From positions 1 to 48,307 of the IMG/VR virus record IMGVR_UViG_3300009506_000099: 48,307 bases of DNA, one strand, 5' to 3'. Each line of letters opens with the position of its first letter. Position 1 is the first letter of the stretch. Positions 27,234 to 36,135 of the stretch are shown piece after piece. A model generated the notes under the pieces. It had not been told where the DNA came from and made no database searches. It saw only the letters and a program-made list of their open reading frames with translations. Source of the DNA: a virus. Both the position numbers and the translations under genes were made by a program.

Positions 27234-29557
27234 GTCTTCATGTTCTTCCAGTCCATACCTACCTTGATCTCAATAGGGATCTCAAGAACTTGAGTATCGA
27301 CTGGCATTTCTCTCACAGCGGCTTCCTGTATAATTTCTACCGTCGCATCGAGATCCTCCTCTCTTACTTGTAGTAGACATCCATCGTGCATATGGGCTAG
27401 GATATGGGCTTCCTCGCCATAGCCAGTTGCCTTATCAACATCAGCAATCGCTAGGGTAGTGAGATCACTCACTGAACTTTGAGGCTCGAAAGCAATACAA
27501 TCTCTATGTTCATGGGTGAATCTGTATATACGTCCGAGGATATTCCTCCGCCTACCCCAAGCGTTCTCCATATACCCATTGGAGAGGGCAGAGTTATATA
27601 CTATATCCCACCATGCTGGTAGTCCAGGATGTAGGTCTATGTAGGCTTGGTGAAGCTCTTTGGCCTCAGCCGCATTGATGCCAACTCCAGTATCCAAGTA
27701 GTTCTCATTAACTGTTCTCTTAAGGCCTAGCCATGATAGATAGTAATTCATAGCGTGGCGGCAGGTCTTGGCTAGGTATCTCTCCTCAACACTATCCTTC
27801 CCCTTCTCTAGAATCATTTCCATCAGCTCTTCATATGAGTAGCCGAATGGAAGCATCGAGGCTAGCTTTGTATGAATGTCAATACCTTCTGCCATATCAT
27901 CGAGAAGATCCCAGTCCCTCGTCTTGACTGCAACGTATCGAGCCTCGGCTTGTTCGTAGTCCCATCCAACAAAGACATATCCTGGGTCTGGGATACAGAT
28001 TTCTCTGGCATCATTAGGTACAGTTTGAAGCGGTAGACCTGGCCACCAGGGCTTATTAGCGGAGAACCTGCCGTTTCGAGTTCCATTAAGTCGCCAGTTA
28101 GTTCTAATACGTCCATCCCTATCAACGACTTTTTCTTTGGTGAGGTATCGGGATACAATATTACGGTTCTCCCTTGCCCGTATGATCTTCGTGAGGACAG
28201 TTTTCGCATCGCCTTCCTTTTCCGAAGCGGCTATGTCCATCAGATAGTCCTTGGCCGTAGTTCGCTTCTTGTATCTTTTCCCAAATCCAAGGAGATCGAA
28301 CACAATCTCTGCTGTCTGTTGGGAGGAACGGGGGTTAAAGGAGCGACCTACAATATCTTCAATCTCACTTTCAATCTCATCTGCTTTAACTGTATGCTTT
28401 ATATATAGTTCTTCGAGCTTATCTGTATCACACCTTATCCCCATCTTCGATGAGCGTATGAAGGTATCCATCACGCTCATCGTTATATCATATCCTCGTC
28501 GGCCACCAGCGATATTGAATTCAGTTGCCTCTATCTCCCCCATCACTTCGTAAGTAACAGCGGCATCCTTACCGGCATACTCCTGACCACGCTCATCTTG
28601 TCCTACGAACTCAAGCTCTTCCTTATAGTATGGTTCTCTCGTGAGGACAGATGACATATGGTTAAGCTTGTTGGACTTCAGGTCTCCCCAACAAGCCCAC
28701 CATGCTATCATCGTATCATGTTTGATATTAGATACCTTGATCCCAATACGATCGAAAGCAACTGTATCGAACAGAGCGTTCTGCATTACCTTTGGTACAT
28801 CAGAGGATAGAATCTCCTTGTATGCACGGTAGGCTTGCATTGAGTTGGGAGGTATTACTACCGCAAAATCAGGAGAATCGCTGAAACTAATATAAGCCAG
28901 AGAATTAGGATTATACCACTCAGAGTCAACAGAGAGCAGATCAGCCTTCTTATATCGTATGATGGCATCTTCTATCTCCTCCGGAGTTGGGTCAGTTACT
29001 ATTGTTCTTTGAGGGAGGATTATCTCAGGACTCTTACTCTCCTCCTTGACTCGCTTCCAATCCCATTCGAGGAAAGGAATCAGGTGATATTGGCGAGAGT
29101 GGAGGATGTAAGCTGGGTGGATGATAGGGATTACCTTCAATCCTTTCACCAGGGTAGACTCAAGGATTGAGCCTCGCCAGTTAAGGATTCCCCAATTCTG
29201 GGTGAGCGCCCAGAGAGCATAGTTCCCCAGGGCAACGACTACGTTGGGTTGAACTTCTTTAATCTCCTCAAGGACTTCAAGGATTCCTTCCATGTATTCA
29301 GAGGAAGGAGTGTTATCTTTAAGGAAGAAGAACTTATGTTTATCCTCACCACCAGGAGGGTAGTACTTGTATGTGTTAGAGATATAGATATCCCCTCGAT
29401 CGAGACCGACAGCAGAGAGGAGTTTATCCAGTTCTTTCCCAGAAGTTCCAACGAAAGGAGTGCGGGCCCAGACCTCTTCCTTCCCAGGACTCTCACCTAG
29501 AACAAAGATGTCCGCGTCCTCCGGCCCGATGGCAGGGACTCGGATGTCACCCAGCAT
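27221..29557 (-). CDS. UDG-like (family 4) domain fused to family A DNA polymerase with 3'-5' exonuclease
   Basis: UDG motifs: GESPGKEE..PFVGTSG and IIHPAYIL. Exo I DSE, Exo II NALFD, Exo III YAGKD. Pol motif A DYEQAEARY, motif B RYLAKTCRHAMNY, GRRR, motif C HMHDG. Confidence 0.9.
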   Translation of the reverse strand: MLGDIRVPAIGPEDADIFVLGESPGKEEVWARTPFVGTSGKELDKLLSAVGLDRGDIYISNTYKYYPPGGEDKHKFFFLKDNTPSSEYMEGILEVLEEIKEVQPNVVVALGNYALWALTQNWGILNWRGSILESTLVKGLKVIPIIHPAYILHSRQYHLIPFLEWDWKRVKEESKSPEIILPQRTIVTDPTPEEIEDAIIRYKKADLLSVDSEWYNPNSLAYISFSDSPDFAVVIPPNSMQAYRAYKEILSSDVPKVMQNALFDTVAFDRIGIKVSNIKHDTMIAWWACWGDLKSNKLNHMSSVLTREPYYKEELEFVGQDERGQEYAGKDAAVTYEVMGEIEATEFNIAGGRRGYDITMSVMDTFIRSSKMGIRCDTDKLEELYIKHTVKADEIESEIEDIVGRSFNPRSSQQTAEIVFDLLGFGKRYKKRTTAKDYLMDIAASEKEGDAKTVLTKIIRARENRNIVSRYLTKEKVVDRDGRIRTNWRLNGTRNGRFSANKPWWPGLPLQTVPNDAREICIPDPGYVFVGWDYEQAEARYVAVKTRDWDLLDDMAEGIDIHTKLASMLPFGYSYEELMEMILEKGKDSVEERYLAKTCRHAMNYYLSWLGLKRTVNENYLDTGVGINAAEAKELHQAYIDLHPGLPAWWDIVYNSALSNGYMENAWGRRRNILGRIYRFTHEHRDCIAFEPQSSVSDLTTLAIADVDKATGYGEEAHILAHMHDGCLLQVREEDLDATVEIIQEAAVREMPVDTQVLEIPIEIKVGMDWKNMKTFHG

Positions 29558-29817
29558 CAGTTGACTACCTTCGCTACAGGTATCTCTTTCTCTCTTACGA
29601 ACATCACGAGGTAGAGGTGGATAATCCCATGCCTGGTCTTGTCCCCCTTCGCTGTGAGAACCTGGCCAGGAGCATTAGAGACCTCTATATTACCTGACCA
29701 GATTAGATGAGAGAGATTAAACCCATCAGTTTCATTCTCCTTTATACACATAGCCAGCTCATGAGGACCTTTGACGATGAAGAACTTCCTCTCAATCTGT
29801 ACTGTTTTCTCTCTCAT
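29557..29817 (-). CDS. Hypothetical protein (86 aa)
   Basis: TGATG junction with the polymerase start. Confidence 0.5.
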   Translation of the reverse strand: MREKTVQIERKFFIVKGPHELAMCIKENETDGFNLSHLIWSGNIEVSNAPGQVLTAKGDKTRHGIIHLYLVMFVREKEIPVAKVVN

Positions 29818-29992
29818 TATCAGTCTCTCTCCTTACTACGACTAGAAGTTCATATCCTAAGCAGACCATCATGGCTGCTCCGTCATTCATCTTCTTAATA
29901 TTATCACAGTCTAAGTCATTAAGGTAGACTGTTACCTTATTCTTTATCGTCCCTTTTGGATGGTCCAGTTTAACTTGCATAAACATGCTCAC
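29792..29992 (-). CDS. Hypothetical small protein (66 aa or shorter)
   Basis: ORF overlaps both neighbours. Internal Met starts are possible. Confidence 0.3.
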   Translation of the reverse strand: MSMFMQVKLDHPKGTIKNKVTVYLNDLDCDNIKKMNDGAAMMVCLGYELLVVVRRETDNERENSTD

Positions 29993-31304
29993 TTAGGATA
30001 AGATTACCAAGCTCCGCTCTTTCTTTATCAAGCTCGTATCCCACATACTCACACTGAAGATCAAGTGCCCCCAAGCCTGTTGATCCAACACCTGCAAAGG
30101 GATCGAGGATTCTTCCACCACCAAGGGAGATCATAGAGATTACTTCCTTACAGAGATCCCTTGGCATCTGCATAGCGAAGTCTCTCTCACTCGGATTCAG
30201 GGTGTCATAGATAAATATGTCCTGCTTTCCTTGTTTGAGAAGAACAGCGTCTCCCTTCGAAGCAAAGACCATAGCCTCATAGGAGACAATCATGCCTTTC
30301 CTTGGATCGCCTATTATCCCTTGTGTCTTGTTGGGCTTCACCCAGATAGGAGGAACGAGGGTTACATAAGAGAACCCTACATCCTCGAGCCAGAAGGCTA
30401 GGCCCATTGAGTCATATAGAAGCTTCTGATCAATCGAGGTCCTTCCTTCTAGCTTCTTATACAACTCTCTTTGCATATTGTTGTATGTTATCTTCCTCAC
30501 ATCGAACCAGGCTACCAGCCAACTGTCATCCTTGAGGACTCTATAAGCTTCTCGAATAACGTCTTGAACCAGTCCATTAATGTACCCCTCTTCATCCTCA
30601 TATACTTTCTTTCCTCCCTTCAATTCAAAGTCTACACCGAATGGGAAGTTAGTGACGACAGCATCGAAGCTCTCATCTTCCTCTTCCTTGATAAGATCTC
30701 TGGCATCCCCAGCCTTGATAATAGCAGGGATGGAAGGGGCCTTACCTTTCTTCTTCCTTTCTATCTCCTTCTTCCGCTTCGATATCTTCTTATCAGTATC
30801 CCTTTTACTGAGAGCACCACGGAGAGTCTTCTCTTGTTTCAGGGATGGATCTTCTTTCATTGCCTTCGAGAGATCCACGCTTTTCGATACAGTCGCCTTG
30901 CTCTTTCCTACCATTGCCGCAGTCTTTGCCATGCTCCATTCTGGATCCTCCTCCTGTTTGAGGTCATGGATCTCAGCGATGGCGGCAGCCTCTTCATACC
31001 ACTCAAGCTGTTTCCGTCTGATGTTCTCCTCGAGTTCTATTTCCTTCTGTTCGATAACAGATAGCTCCTCTTTGAACTTGGCATCAATGTTCTTCCAACC
31101 AAGTTTGAGGGCTCCCATTATCCGAGTGAAGCCAGCGACAAGTTCGATCTCTCCATCTTCATTCCTGTTAACTACGATGGTGGAGAGCTGGCCGAACTTC
31201 TTGAGAGACTCAGCCATTGTATTAATGTCTTCGTCTGTCAACTCTTTCCTCTGTCGAGGCTTAATCTTTATGTCCTTGATACTTACATTAGGCATCCTCT
31301 TCAC
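29970..31304 (-). CDS. ParB/Srx N-domain + ParB-type HTH fused to an N6/N4 DNA methyltransferase
   Basis: ParB box: IKIKPRQRKEL..FGQLSTIVV..ELVAGFTRIMGA. HTH: SMAKTAAMVGKSKATVSKSV. Basic linker: KKISKRKKEIERKKKGK. MTase motif IV-like VVTNFPFG lies upstream of motif I DPFAGVGSTG (beta-type order). Confidence 0.85.
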   Translation of the reverse strand: MKRMPNVSIKDIKIKPRQRKELTDEDINTMAESLKKFGQLSTIVVNRNEDGEIELVAGFTRIMGALKLGWKNIDAKFKEELSVIEQKEIELEENIRRKQLEWYEEAAAIAEIHDLKQEEDPEWSMAKTAAMVGKSKATVSKSVDLSKAMKEDPSLKQEKTLRGALSKRDTDKKISKRKKEIERKKKGKAPSIPAIIKAGDARDLIKEEEDESFDAVVTNFPFGVDFELKGGKKVYEDEEGYINGLVQDVIREAYRVLKDDSWLVAWFDVRKITYNNMQRELYKKLEGRTSIDQKLLYDSMGLAFWLEDVGFSYVTLVPPIWVKPNKTQGIIGDPRKGMIVSYEAMVFASKGDAVLLKQGKQDIFIYDTLNPSERDFAMQMPRDLCKEVISMISLGGGRILDPFAGVGSTGLGALDLQCEYVGYELDKERAELGNLILSEHVYAS

Positions 31305-31402
31305 TCATCCTCTCATCAGGATTGGCGAGGGGATCGTCTCAACTATCACCATACGCAAGGCAGGGGGTCAGTCCTTGGTGGTTGAGGAGATCCTCCCCGC
31401 CG

Positions 31403-31963
31403 TTATCGGATAACTGCTTCTATCTCCCTCTCCTCAATCAAATAGTGGAGGACCTCTCGACCCTCATCATCCTCGAGGGAGAACATCCTCGTGTTAACAT
31501 ACCTTAGCTTCTGAACTGAGCTTACTTGGAGATTGGCAGGGCCAAAGGCGATTACATCACTCGCCAGGAATTTGTAGGCTACATCTGTTTGTATATCGAG
31601 GAGCTGAATCCACCTATCATTCTCAGTGGGACTCTTCTCATACTCCTTCATTTGATCATGGAAGATAGGTTCAACCTCGATATCAACGAAGATCTCCACA
31701 TCCTCAAGCCCATCCCTAAGGATGACGGAGAAGAAATCGGCATAGGTATTCGGTGCGTCGAACATCTCGGTTGAGAAGACAGCGATATCTCCTTCCCTAA
31801 TATCCTCCCGTACATCTGGACCTATATTAACTACTCTCCCAATAAACGGATATCGTTCTTGCGCCTCAGGGGGGATAGCTAGTCCTCCAGGTGTCTCCTC
31901 TATGAAGAGGGCCTCAGCGAGGACGAGGCGTTTGGATGGTTTCAATCTGTCCCTTCTTAACAT
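31403..31963 (-). CDS. GroES/Cpn10-like domain protein with a C-terminal extension of about 100 aa
   Basis: LKPSKRLVLAE...TPGGLAIPPEAQE..FIGRVVNIGPDV..IREGDIAVFS parallels GroES (I-P-L-x-DRVLV, GGI-x-P, G-x-V-x-A-x-G, GD-x-V). Confidence 0.55.
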   Translation of the reverse strand: MLRRDRLKPSKRLVLAEALFIEETPGGLAIPPEAQERYPFIGRVVNIGPDVREDIREGDIAVFSTEMFDAPNTYADFFSVILRDGLEDVEIFVDIEVEPIFHDQMKEYEKSPTENDRWIQLLDIQTDVAYKFLASDVIAFGPANLQVSSVQKLRYVNTRMFSLEDDEGREVLHYLIEEREIEAVIR

Positions 31964-32053
31964 TGGTTCTCCAAGATGAGAGTCGAGGGTCTTGTATCTA
32001 TCCTTTCCCTCAACAAGTCGGGCGTCGCGATCTTCGGATAGACCCGAGAGTGA

Positions 32054-32473
32054 TTACTTCTTCTTGCCCTTCTTGGCAGGGGCCTCAGAAGGAACGACCC
32101 GCTTGATCTGGGAACGCATATCCCCAGAACCCTCGGGGTACTCCTCCTGCTTGAGGATGATACCGCACTCCTCACCAATCAGATCATCGGTATCAATATC
32201 GAGTGCATCCAGATCATCGACATCGAAGTCACTACCAGTGACTGTATTGATGAAGGCGATGGTGATACCAGCTCCCTTCCCTTCGAGGGGCAGGTTGTTG
32301 TAAAACTTCCGACCCTCGAACTCACCCTCAGAGATCTCGAGGATCGCTGGGATGTACTTAGACTTCGGACCCTGAGTCACATCCCCGAAGCCCTGGATAC
32401 GAGCAGGGTATGTTCCATCAGGGATCGGCTTAAGGCTCTCAGCCTCGGTCAGGTTCAGCGTTAGTGAAGGCAT
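32054..32473 (-). CDS. DUF669-type ssDNA-binding protein (putative)
   Basis: 139 aa. LKPIPDGTYPARI..SKYIPAILEISEGEFEGRKFY and an acidic then basic tail. It sits beside the Sak4-like ATPase, as in known phage recombination modules. Confidence 0.55.
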   Translation of the reverse strand: MPSLTLNLTEAESLKPIPDGTYPARIQGFGDVTQGPKSKYIPAILEISEGEFEGRKFYNNLPLEGKGAGITIAFINTVTGSDFDVDDLDALDIDTDDLIGEECGIILKQEEYPEGSGDMRSQIKRVVPSEAPAKKGKKK

Positions 32474-32482
32474 TTCTTACTC

Positions 32483-32791
32483 CTAGAATTCGCCAGTGTC
32501 TTCGCCCGTGAGTAGCTTCTTGAACCACTCAGGGATTCTCTCCACGTTGTCAACAGCCCAGTCGATATAAGTTGGATCTTCCTTCTTGACCTGTTCCCAG
32601 GTCTTACCTCTATACTTACCGAAACGTATAATGGATTTCCAACCCAGCTCCCAATCACTAGGGTAGGAAGGCTTATCTTTCTTGACCTTCTTCTCCCCTC
32701 TGATTGCATCGACTAGGAATTCGAGGAAGTCATCGTCAATCTCAAGAGCAGTTTCCTCTCCATCAATAGCGATGAGCCTTCCGATCTGCAT
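32483..32791 (-). CDS. DUF3820-like small protein
   Basis: FGKYRGKTWEQVKKEDPTYIDWAV matches the FGKYKG..DP.Y..W signature common in phage replication modules. Confidence 0.5.
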   Translation of the reverse strand: MQIGRLIAIDGEETALEIDDDFLEFLVDAIRGEKKVKKDKPSYPSDWELGWKSIIRFGKYRGKTWEQVKKEDPTYIDWAVDNVERIPEWFKKLLTGEDTGEF

Positions 32792-32833
32792 AACGGTCTC
32801 CTCCTTTGGTTAGAGTAACTATCTCAATCTGCT

Positions 32834-33799
32834 TTAGATTGTCACTGTCTCCTCCAGTTCTTCCTCTATGAGCGCGGCTCTCTCTTTCGCCGAATGAGCG
32901 GCCACCCATAGGGATTCAACAGGGATCTTGTAGAAGTCGGCGATCTTCTTCTTTATTGCCTCGAAGTCCGCTGGCTCGTCAGGATCAAGGCAACCAATGC
33001 GAGACCTGAGGCGGCGAAGAGGATCTGGTTGCGTCTGGAAAACACCCTGAGCTTGGTGTTTAGTTCCTTTAATCTTCGCATACCAGACCTCATCAAAGTC
33101 CTTGGGCAGATCTTGCCTGAGTTGCCCGATGACTTTGGGCTGAATGGAAAGTACGTTTCCATCTGAGTCTGTATCCATGTACTCGTGAGCGATTAGAACG
33201 AGGTTCTTCCCTGCGTTCCGACAGTAGGTTATGAACTTCATGAATAGAGTTGAGGCGGCCCCCCAGTCCTGGATCTTCATAGGTCTAAGACCACCCTTAA
33301 CCATGTTGCCCCAGGACTTAGAAATCCCTATCCTATTTGCCTCTCTTAATCCATGAATGATGGAGGCCTCAGTTAGAGCAGAGAGTGAGTCGATGATGAG
33401 GGTATCCCATTCCTTCTCATAGGGTCTATCCCACTCATCAGCAGGAGTCTCCTCTTCCTCTAGCCACTCGTCTACCTGATCCATGGCTTCCTGGAGGACA
33501 TTGTTCTTCTTATCATCAAGGTCGTGAGGAGGAAGGATCGTAGCGTAGACGATTTCCTCAAGTTTCTTATCCAGATTCCCTGAGAGAATAGCCCACTCGA
33601 CCGATTGCATACCATTATCGAGGTCGATTGTCCGAGTGCGTGGCATACCGTGAGCGTTCACAGTCTTCCACGTTCCTGGCGGGCCATATAGGAGGAGCTG
33701 TAATCTTCTTCCAGATCCAATAGCAGACAGGCCACTCTCTGCAAGAGTGGTTGTCTTCCCTACGGCCCGAGGTTTCTTTTTGAGAGTTGCCTTTTTCAA
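32834..33799 (-). CDS. Sak4-like / AAA_24 RecA-fold ATPase (recombination)
   Basis: Walker A LYGPPGTWKT and Walker B LIIDSLSAL. It lies between the PD-(D/E)xK nuclease and the DUF669 gene. Confidence 0.7.
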   Translation of the reverse strand: MKKATLKKKPRAVGKTTTLAESGLSAIGSGRRLQLLLYGPPGTWKTVNAHGMPRTRTIDLDNGMQSVEWAILSGNLDKKLEEIVYATILPPHDLDDKKNNVLQEAMDQVDEWLEEEETPADEWDRPYEKEWDTLIIDSLSALTEASIIHGLREANRIGISKSWGNMVKGGLRPMKIQDWGAASTLFMKFITYCRNAGKNLVLIAHEYMDTDSDGNVLSIQPKVIGQLRQDLPKDFDEVWYAKIKGTKHQAQGVFQTQPDPLRRLRSRIGCLDPDEPADFEAIKKKIADFYKIPVESLWVAAHSAKERAALIEEELEETVTI

Positions 33800-34716
33800 T
33801 CTTCGTCTCCTTCTGGATTCCTAGGATCCCAACGCTTCACTTGATAATCGTTGGAGAGGATGCGGAGTCTCGTGTCACCCCTTGGTGCTATGTTGTGTAC
33901 GCCTAGGAACATACAAGGACCATAGCGAGTGCACTCATTCCAATTCAAGCTCCAAGCACTTGGATTATACAAGTGATTGTCGAGTAGTCTTTCCATATCT
34001 CCGACAATATTAGAGACATTCTTGACCCACTCAGCCTTGCGGAACTCATCGTATCGGAAGGTGCGACGGAAGAAGTCGAAACTAGCGGAGACCATATACA
34101 TAACGTCTACCGTTATATCTTCGACTTCCTCTCCAGGAACAAGAAGATTCCCTGCCCAAACGTAGCCAGGGAATTGGAAGCCCATTTCATGTGAGGTGAA
34201 GTAATACTCACCCATTGCTGAGGAGGTCTTGAAGTCCCAGATTCTCAGCTTCCCATTCCTCTTCCTCCTCCTGATCTGATCCATCCTACCTGCCCACCTG
34301 AGATCATCCTCCTCTGAGTATACGTCAAAGAACTGTTCATTCCTGAGGATATCAAACTCATCATCATTCTCTTGCCACTTCTCAGTGAAAGCGAAGAAGG
34401 CCTCTGCCATCCTATCCTTGCTCCTCTTCTTCTTATCCGTTGAGGGCTGGATATAGTTGGGGTACTTCTCCTCCATCGCTATAAGACCGTCCTTAACTGA
34501 GCGACCATTGGCATAGTAAGCATCCATCACCTCATGCCAACAGGTACCCCAATCAAACTTAGCACTCTCCACATTGTCTCGGACAGATCGGACAAGGCCT
34601 AGGACATAGCGGAGATAGAACTTGCTCCGACAGTCTACGAATGTTCTGAGCATGGATGAGTCGATGACCTCAGGCCTTCGTGGTACGAGGCCATACTTCT
34701 CCAAGATGTCTCTCAT
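33796..34716 (-). CDS. PD-(D/E)xK Cas4/RecB-like exonuclease
   Basis: FVDCRSKFYLRYV, GRMDQI, IWDFKTS (the D...DxK core) and a C-terminal CTRYGPC. Confidence 0.7.
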   Translation of the reverse strand: MRDILEKYGLVPRRPEVIDSSMLRTFVDCRSKFYLRYVLGLVRSVRDNVESAKFDWGTCWHEVMDAYYANGRSVKDGLIAMEEKYPNYIQPSTDKKKRSKDRMAEAFFAFTEKWQENDDEFDILRNEQFFDVYSEEDDLRWAGRMDQIRRRKRNGKLRIWDFKTSSAMGEYYFTSHEMGFQFPGYVWAGNLLVPGEEVEDITVDVMYMVSASFDFFRRTFRYDEFRKAEWVKNVSNIVGDMERLLDNHLYNPSAWSLNWNECTRYGPCMFLGVHNIAPRGDTRLRILSNDYQVKRWDPRNPEGDED

Positions 34717-34907
34717 GCTGACTCATCCGGCTGTTCTGGGGGAGGGAGAGGCTCCCAGAGCCTTGCATCACTGATCTCCAGATCATTATCATGGAAGCAT
34801 CTACCATCCTTCAGGTAGACCATAGCTCCTCTTCCATATCCATCATCAGAGATGATAGCAGATACATCATCCATCTCGAGGATAGAGCTACGAAACTTGA
34901 CTTTCAT
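34713..34907 (-). CDS. Hypothetical protein (64 aa)
   Basis: ATGA-type overlap with the downstream nuclease gene. Confidence 0.45.
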   Translation of the reverse strand: MKVKFRSSILEMDDVSAIISDDGYGRGAMVYLKDGRCFHDNDLEISDARLWEPLPPPEQPDESA

Positions 34908-34924
34908 CTGTCTCCCCTTTCAAT

Positions 34925-35137
34925 CTAATTGTTCTGAGTAATGTCAGCGACTGCTTCAATAGCCGCCCTTCTCGCATATTCTGAGGGTGCTGGTATCCTC
35001 CCTTCTTCTATCATAGTACGAAGGTGCTCAAAGCAGGACTCAACAAATATCTGAATGAATCCGTAGGGAAATTCCTCCTTAATCCATGAGTGTAGATCTG
35101 AGTCTACTCGAGCATGGAGCATAGTCTTGCTCATCAA
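34925..35137 (-). CDS. Hypothetical small protein, possibly RHH-like (70 aa)
   Basis: An N-terminal MLHARVDSDLHSWIKEE strand-helix pattern. Weak call. Confidence 0.4.
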   Translation of the reverse strand: MMSKTMLHARVDSDLHSWIKEEFPYGFIQIFVESCFEHLRTMIEEGRIPAPSEYARRAAIEAVADITQNN

Positions 35138-35496
35138 CTCTCCAATATCTTCTGCATCATGTTTCTAGTAGCATCCTCTCTCAGAGTGGACTTCCGGTAT
35201 GCTCTACTCTTAGCATCCCACTGAAGGACATTACACTCTTTATGGAAGAGGAGCCATATCCAGATAGCAAGGACGTTGACCATAGGAGTACCAGATACTA
35301 GGACATAATCTTCCTTCCTAGCATACTTGATAACACCCTTTGCTATATGTTTGGCTAGGCGATCTACATGGTGAGGATTGATCTCGTTCTCGGTGAGATA
35401 AGAGAACTTGATATTGCTATCGAACAGGTCCCTTGCCTTCTCATAGTCATGACCTGCCTCATTAACTATCCAGATGGTTGTTGGTCTTTTACTCAT
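35134..35496 (-). CDS. Hypothetical protein (120 aa)
   Basis: First ORF downstream of the promoter at 35525..35553. Confidence 0.55.
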   Translation of the reverse strand: MSKRPTTIWIVNEAGHDYEKARDLFDSNIKFSYLTENEINPHHVDRLAKHIAKGVIKYARKEDYVLVSGTPMVNVLAIWIWLLFHKECNVLQWDAKSRAYRKSTLREDATRNMMQKILES

Positions 35497-35524
35497 CTAT
35501 CCCGCCCGGTTTAGGTCTAATGGG

Positions 35525-35553
35525 AATATAACAGAATATATCCCCGGTGTCAA
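35525..35553 (-). promoter_or_regulatory. Sigma70-type promoter: TTGACA, 17-nt spacer, TGtTATATT
   Basis: The minus strand reads TTGACAccggggatatattctgtTATATT, with a consensus -35 and an extended -10. Confidence 0.7.
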
Positions 35554-35575
35554 TAGAGAGGATTGCTGTTACCTT

Positions 35576-35590
35576 GTTTCACGGTGAAAC
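35576..35590. promoter_or_regulatory. parS/OB-like palindrome, perfect: GTTTCAC-G-GTGAAAC
   Basis: Its last base is the first base of the sulfotransferase-like gene's stop codon, and it lies 22 nt from the -35 of the promoter at 35525..35553. Confidence 0.6.
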
Positions 35591-36135
35591 TAGTAGGAGT
35601 ATCCAAGCTCCTTAATCTCCTCATGGAAGTAATAGCTTATCCATTGTCTTGATCCTTCAGAGTGTATCGACCTATAATCTTTTCCCTTCCTTTTCCTCCC
35701 TCCAACATGAGCAAGAGAAACATCCGGCAACTCGAACAGAGAGAGAAGAGTGTTGAGATCATCCTCGAGATTCTCAAACCTAATGCAGAGAGTCTCGGGA
35801 ACCTCTTTCCTGAAGTACCATAGTCGCTGAGGTACACAGTAGCTTCGTCTCCTTCTTATCTGTCTAAGAACCCATTGCTCCACCCATACATCAGTTAGGG
35901 AATTGTCTGTGTGATTGTTGGTCTTACTCATATACCAGGAGGCAAATGCATCCCAGTGGTTACGGACTACACAGAAGTAGCGGAGTCCTTCGAAGAGTTT
36001 ATCATACTTGATAGGCCCATAGTGATGACCTCTTAGATTACGGAAACCAATCTCCTTAAGTGCATCACTCACTGATCGTGAGGCAGTATGAGGATGAGCG
36101 AGATAAGCTAGGTTTACTCCTCGGTGGACGTACAT
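35590..36135 (-). CDS. Sulfotransferase-like protein with a degenerate PAPS loop (paralog of the next gene)
   Basis: YLAHPHTASRSV aligns with FLAHPKTGTQTV of the paralog (Lys to His, Gly to Ala). VVRNHWDAFASWY resembles the RNPxDxxxS 3'-PB motif. Confidence 0.5.
   Translation of the reverse strand: MYVHRGVNLAYLAHPHTASRSVSDALKEIGFRNLRGHHYGPIKYDKLFEGLRYFCVVRNHWDAFASWYMSKTNNHTDNSLTDVWVEQWVLRQIRRRRSYCVPQRLWYFRKEVPETLCIRFENLEDDLNTLLSLFELPDVSLAHVGGRKRKGKDYRSIHSEGSRQWISYYFHEEIKELGYSY

Noticed and set aside
30471-31413. 197-aa and 277-aa plus-strand ORFs antisense to the ParB-MTase gene
   Set aside because: They are Ser/Leu/Phe-rich low-complexity translations opposite a gene with clear motifs, so they are shadow ORFs.
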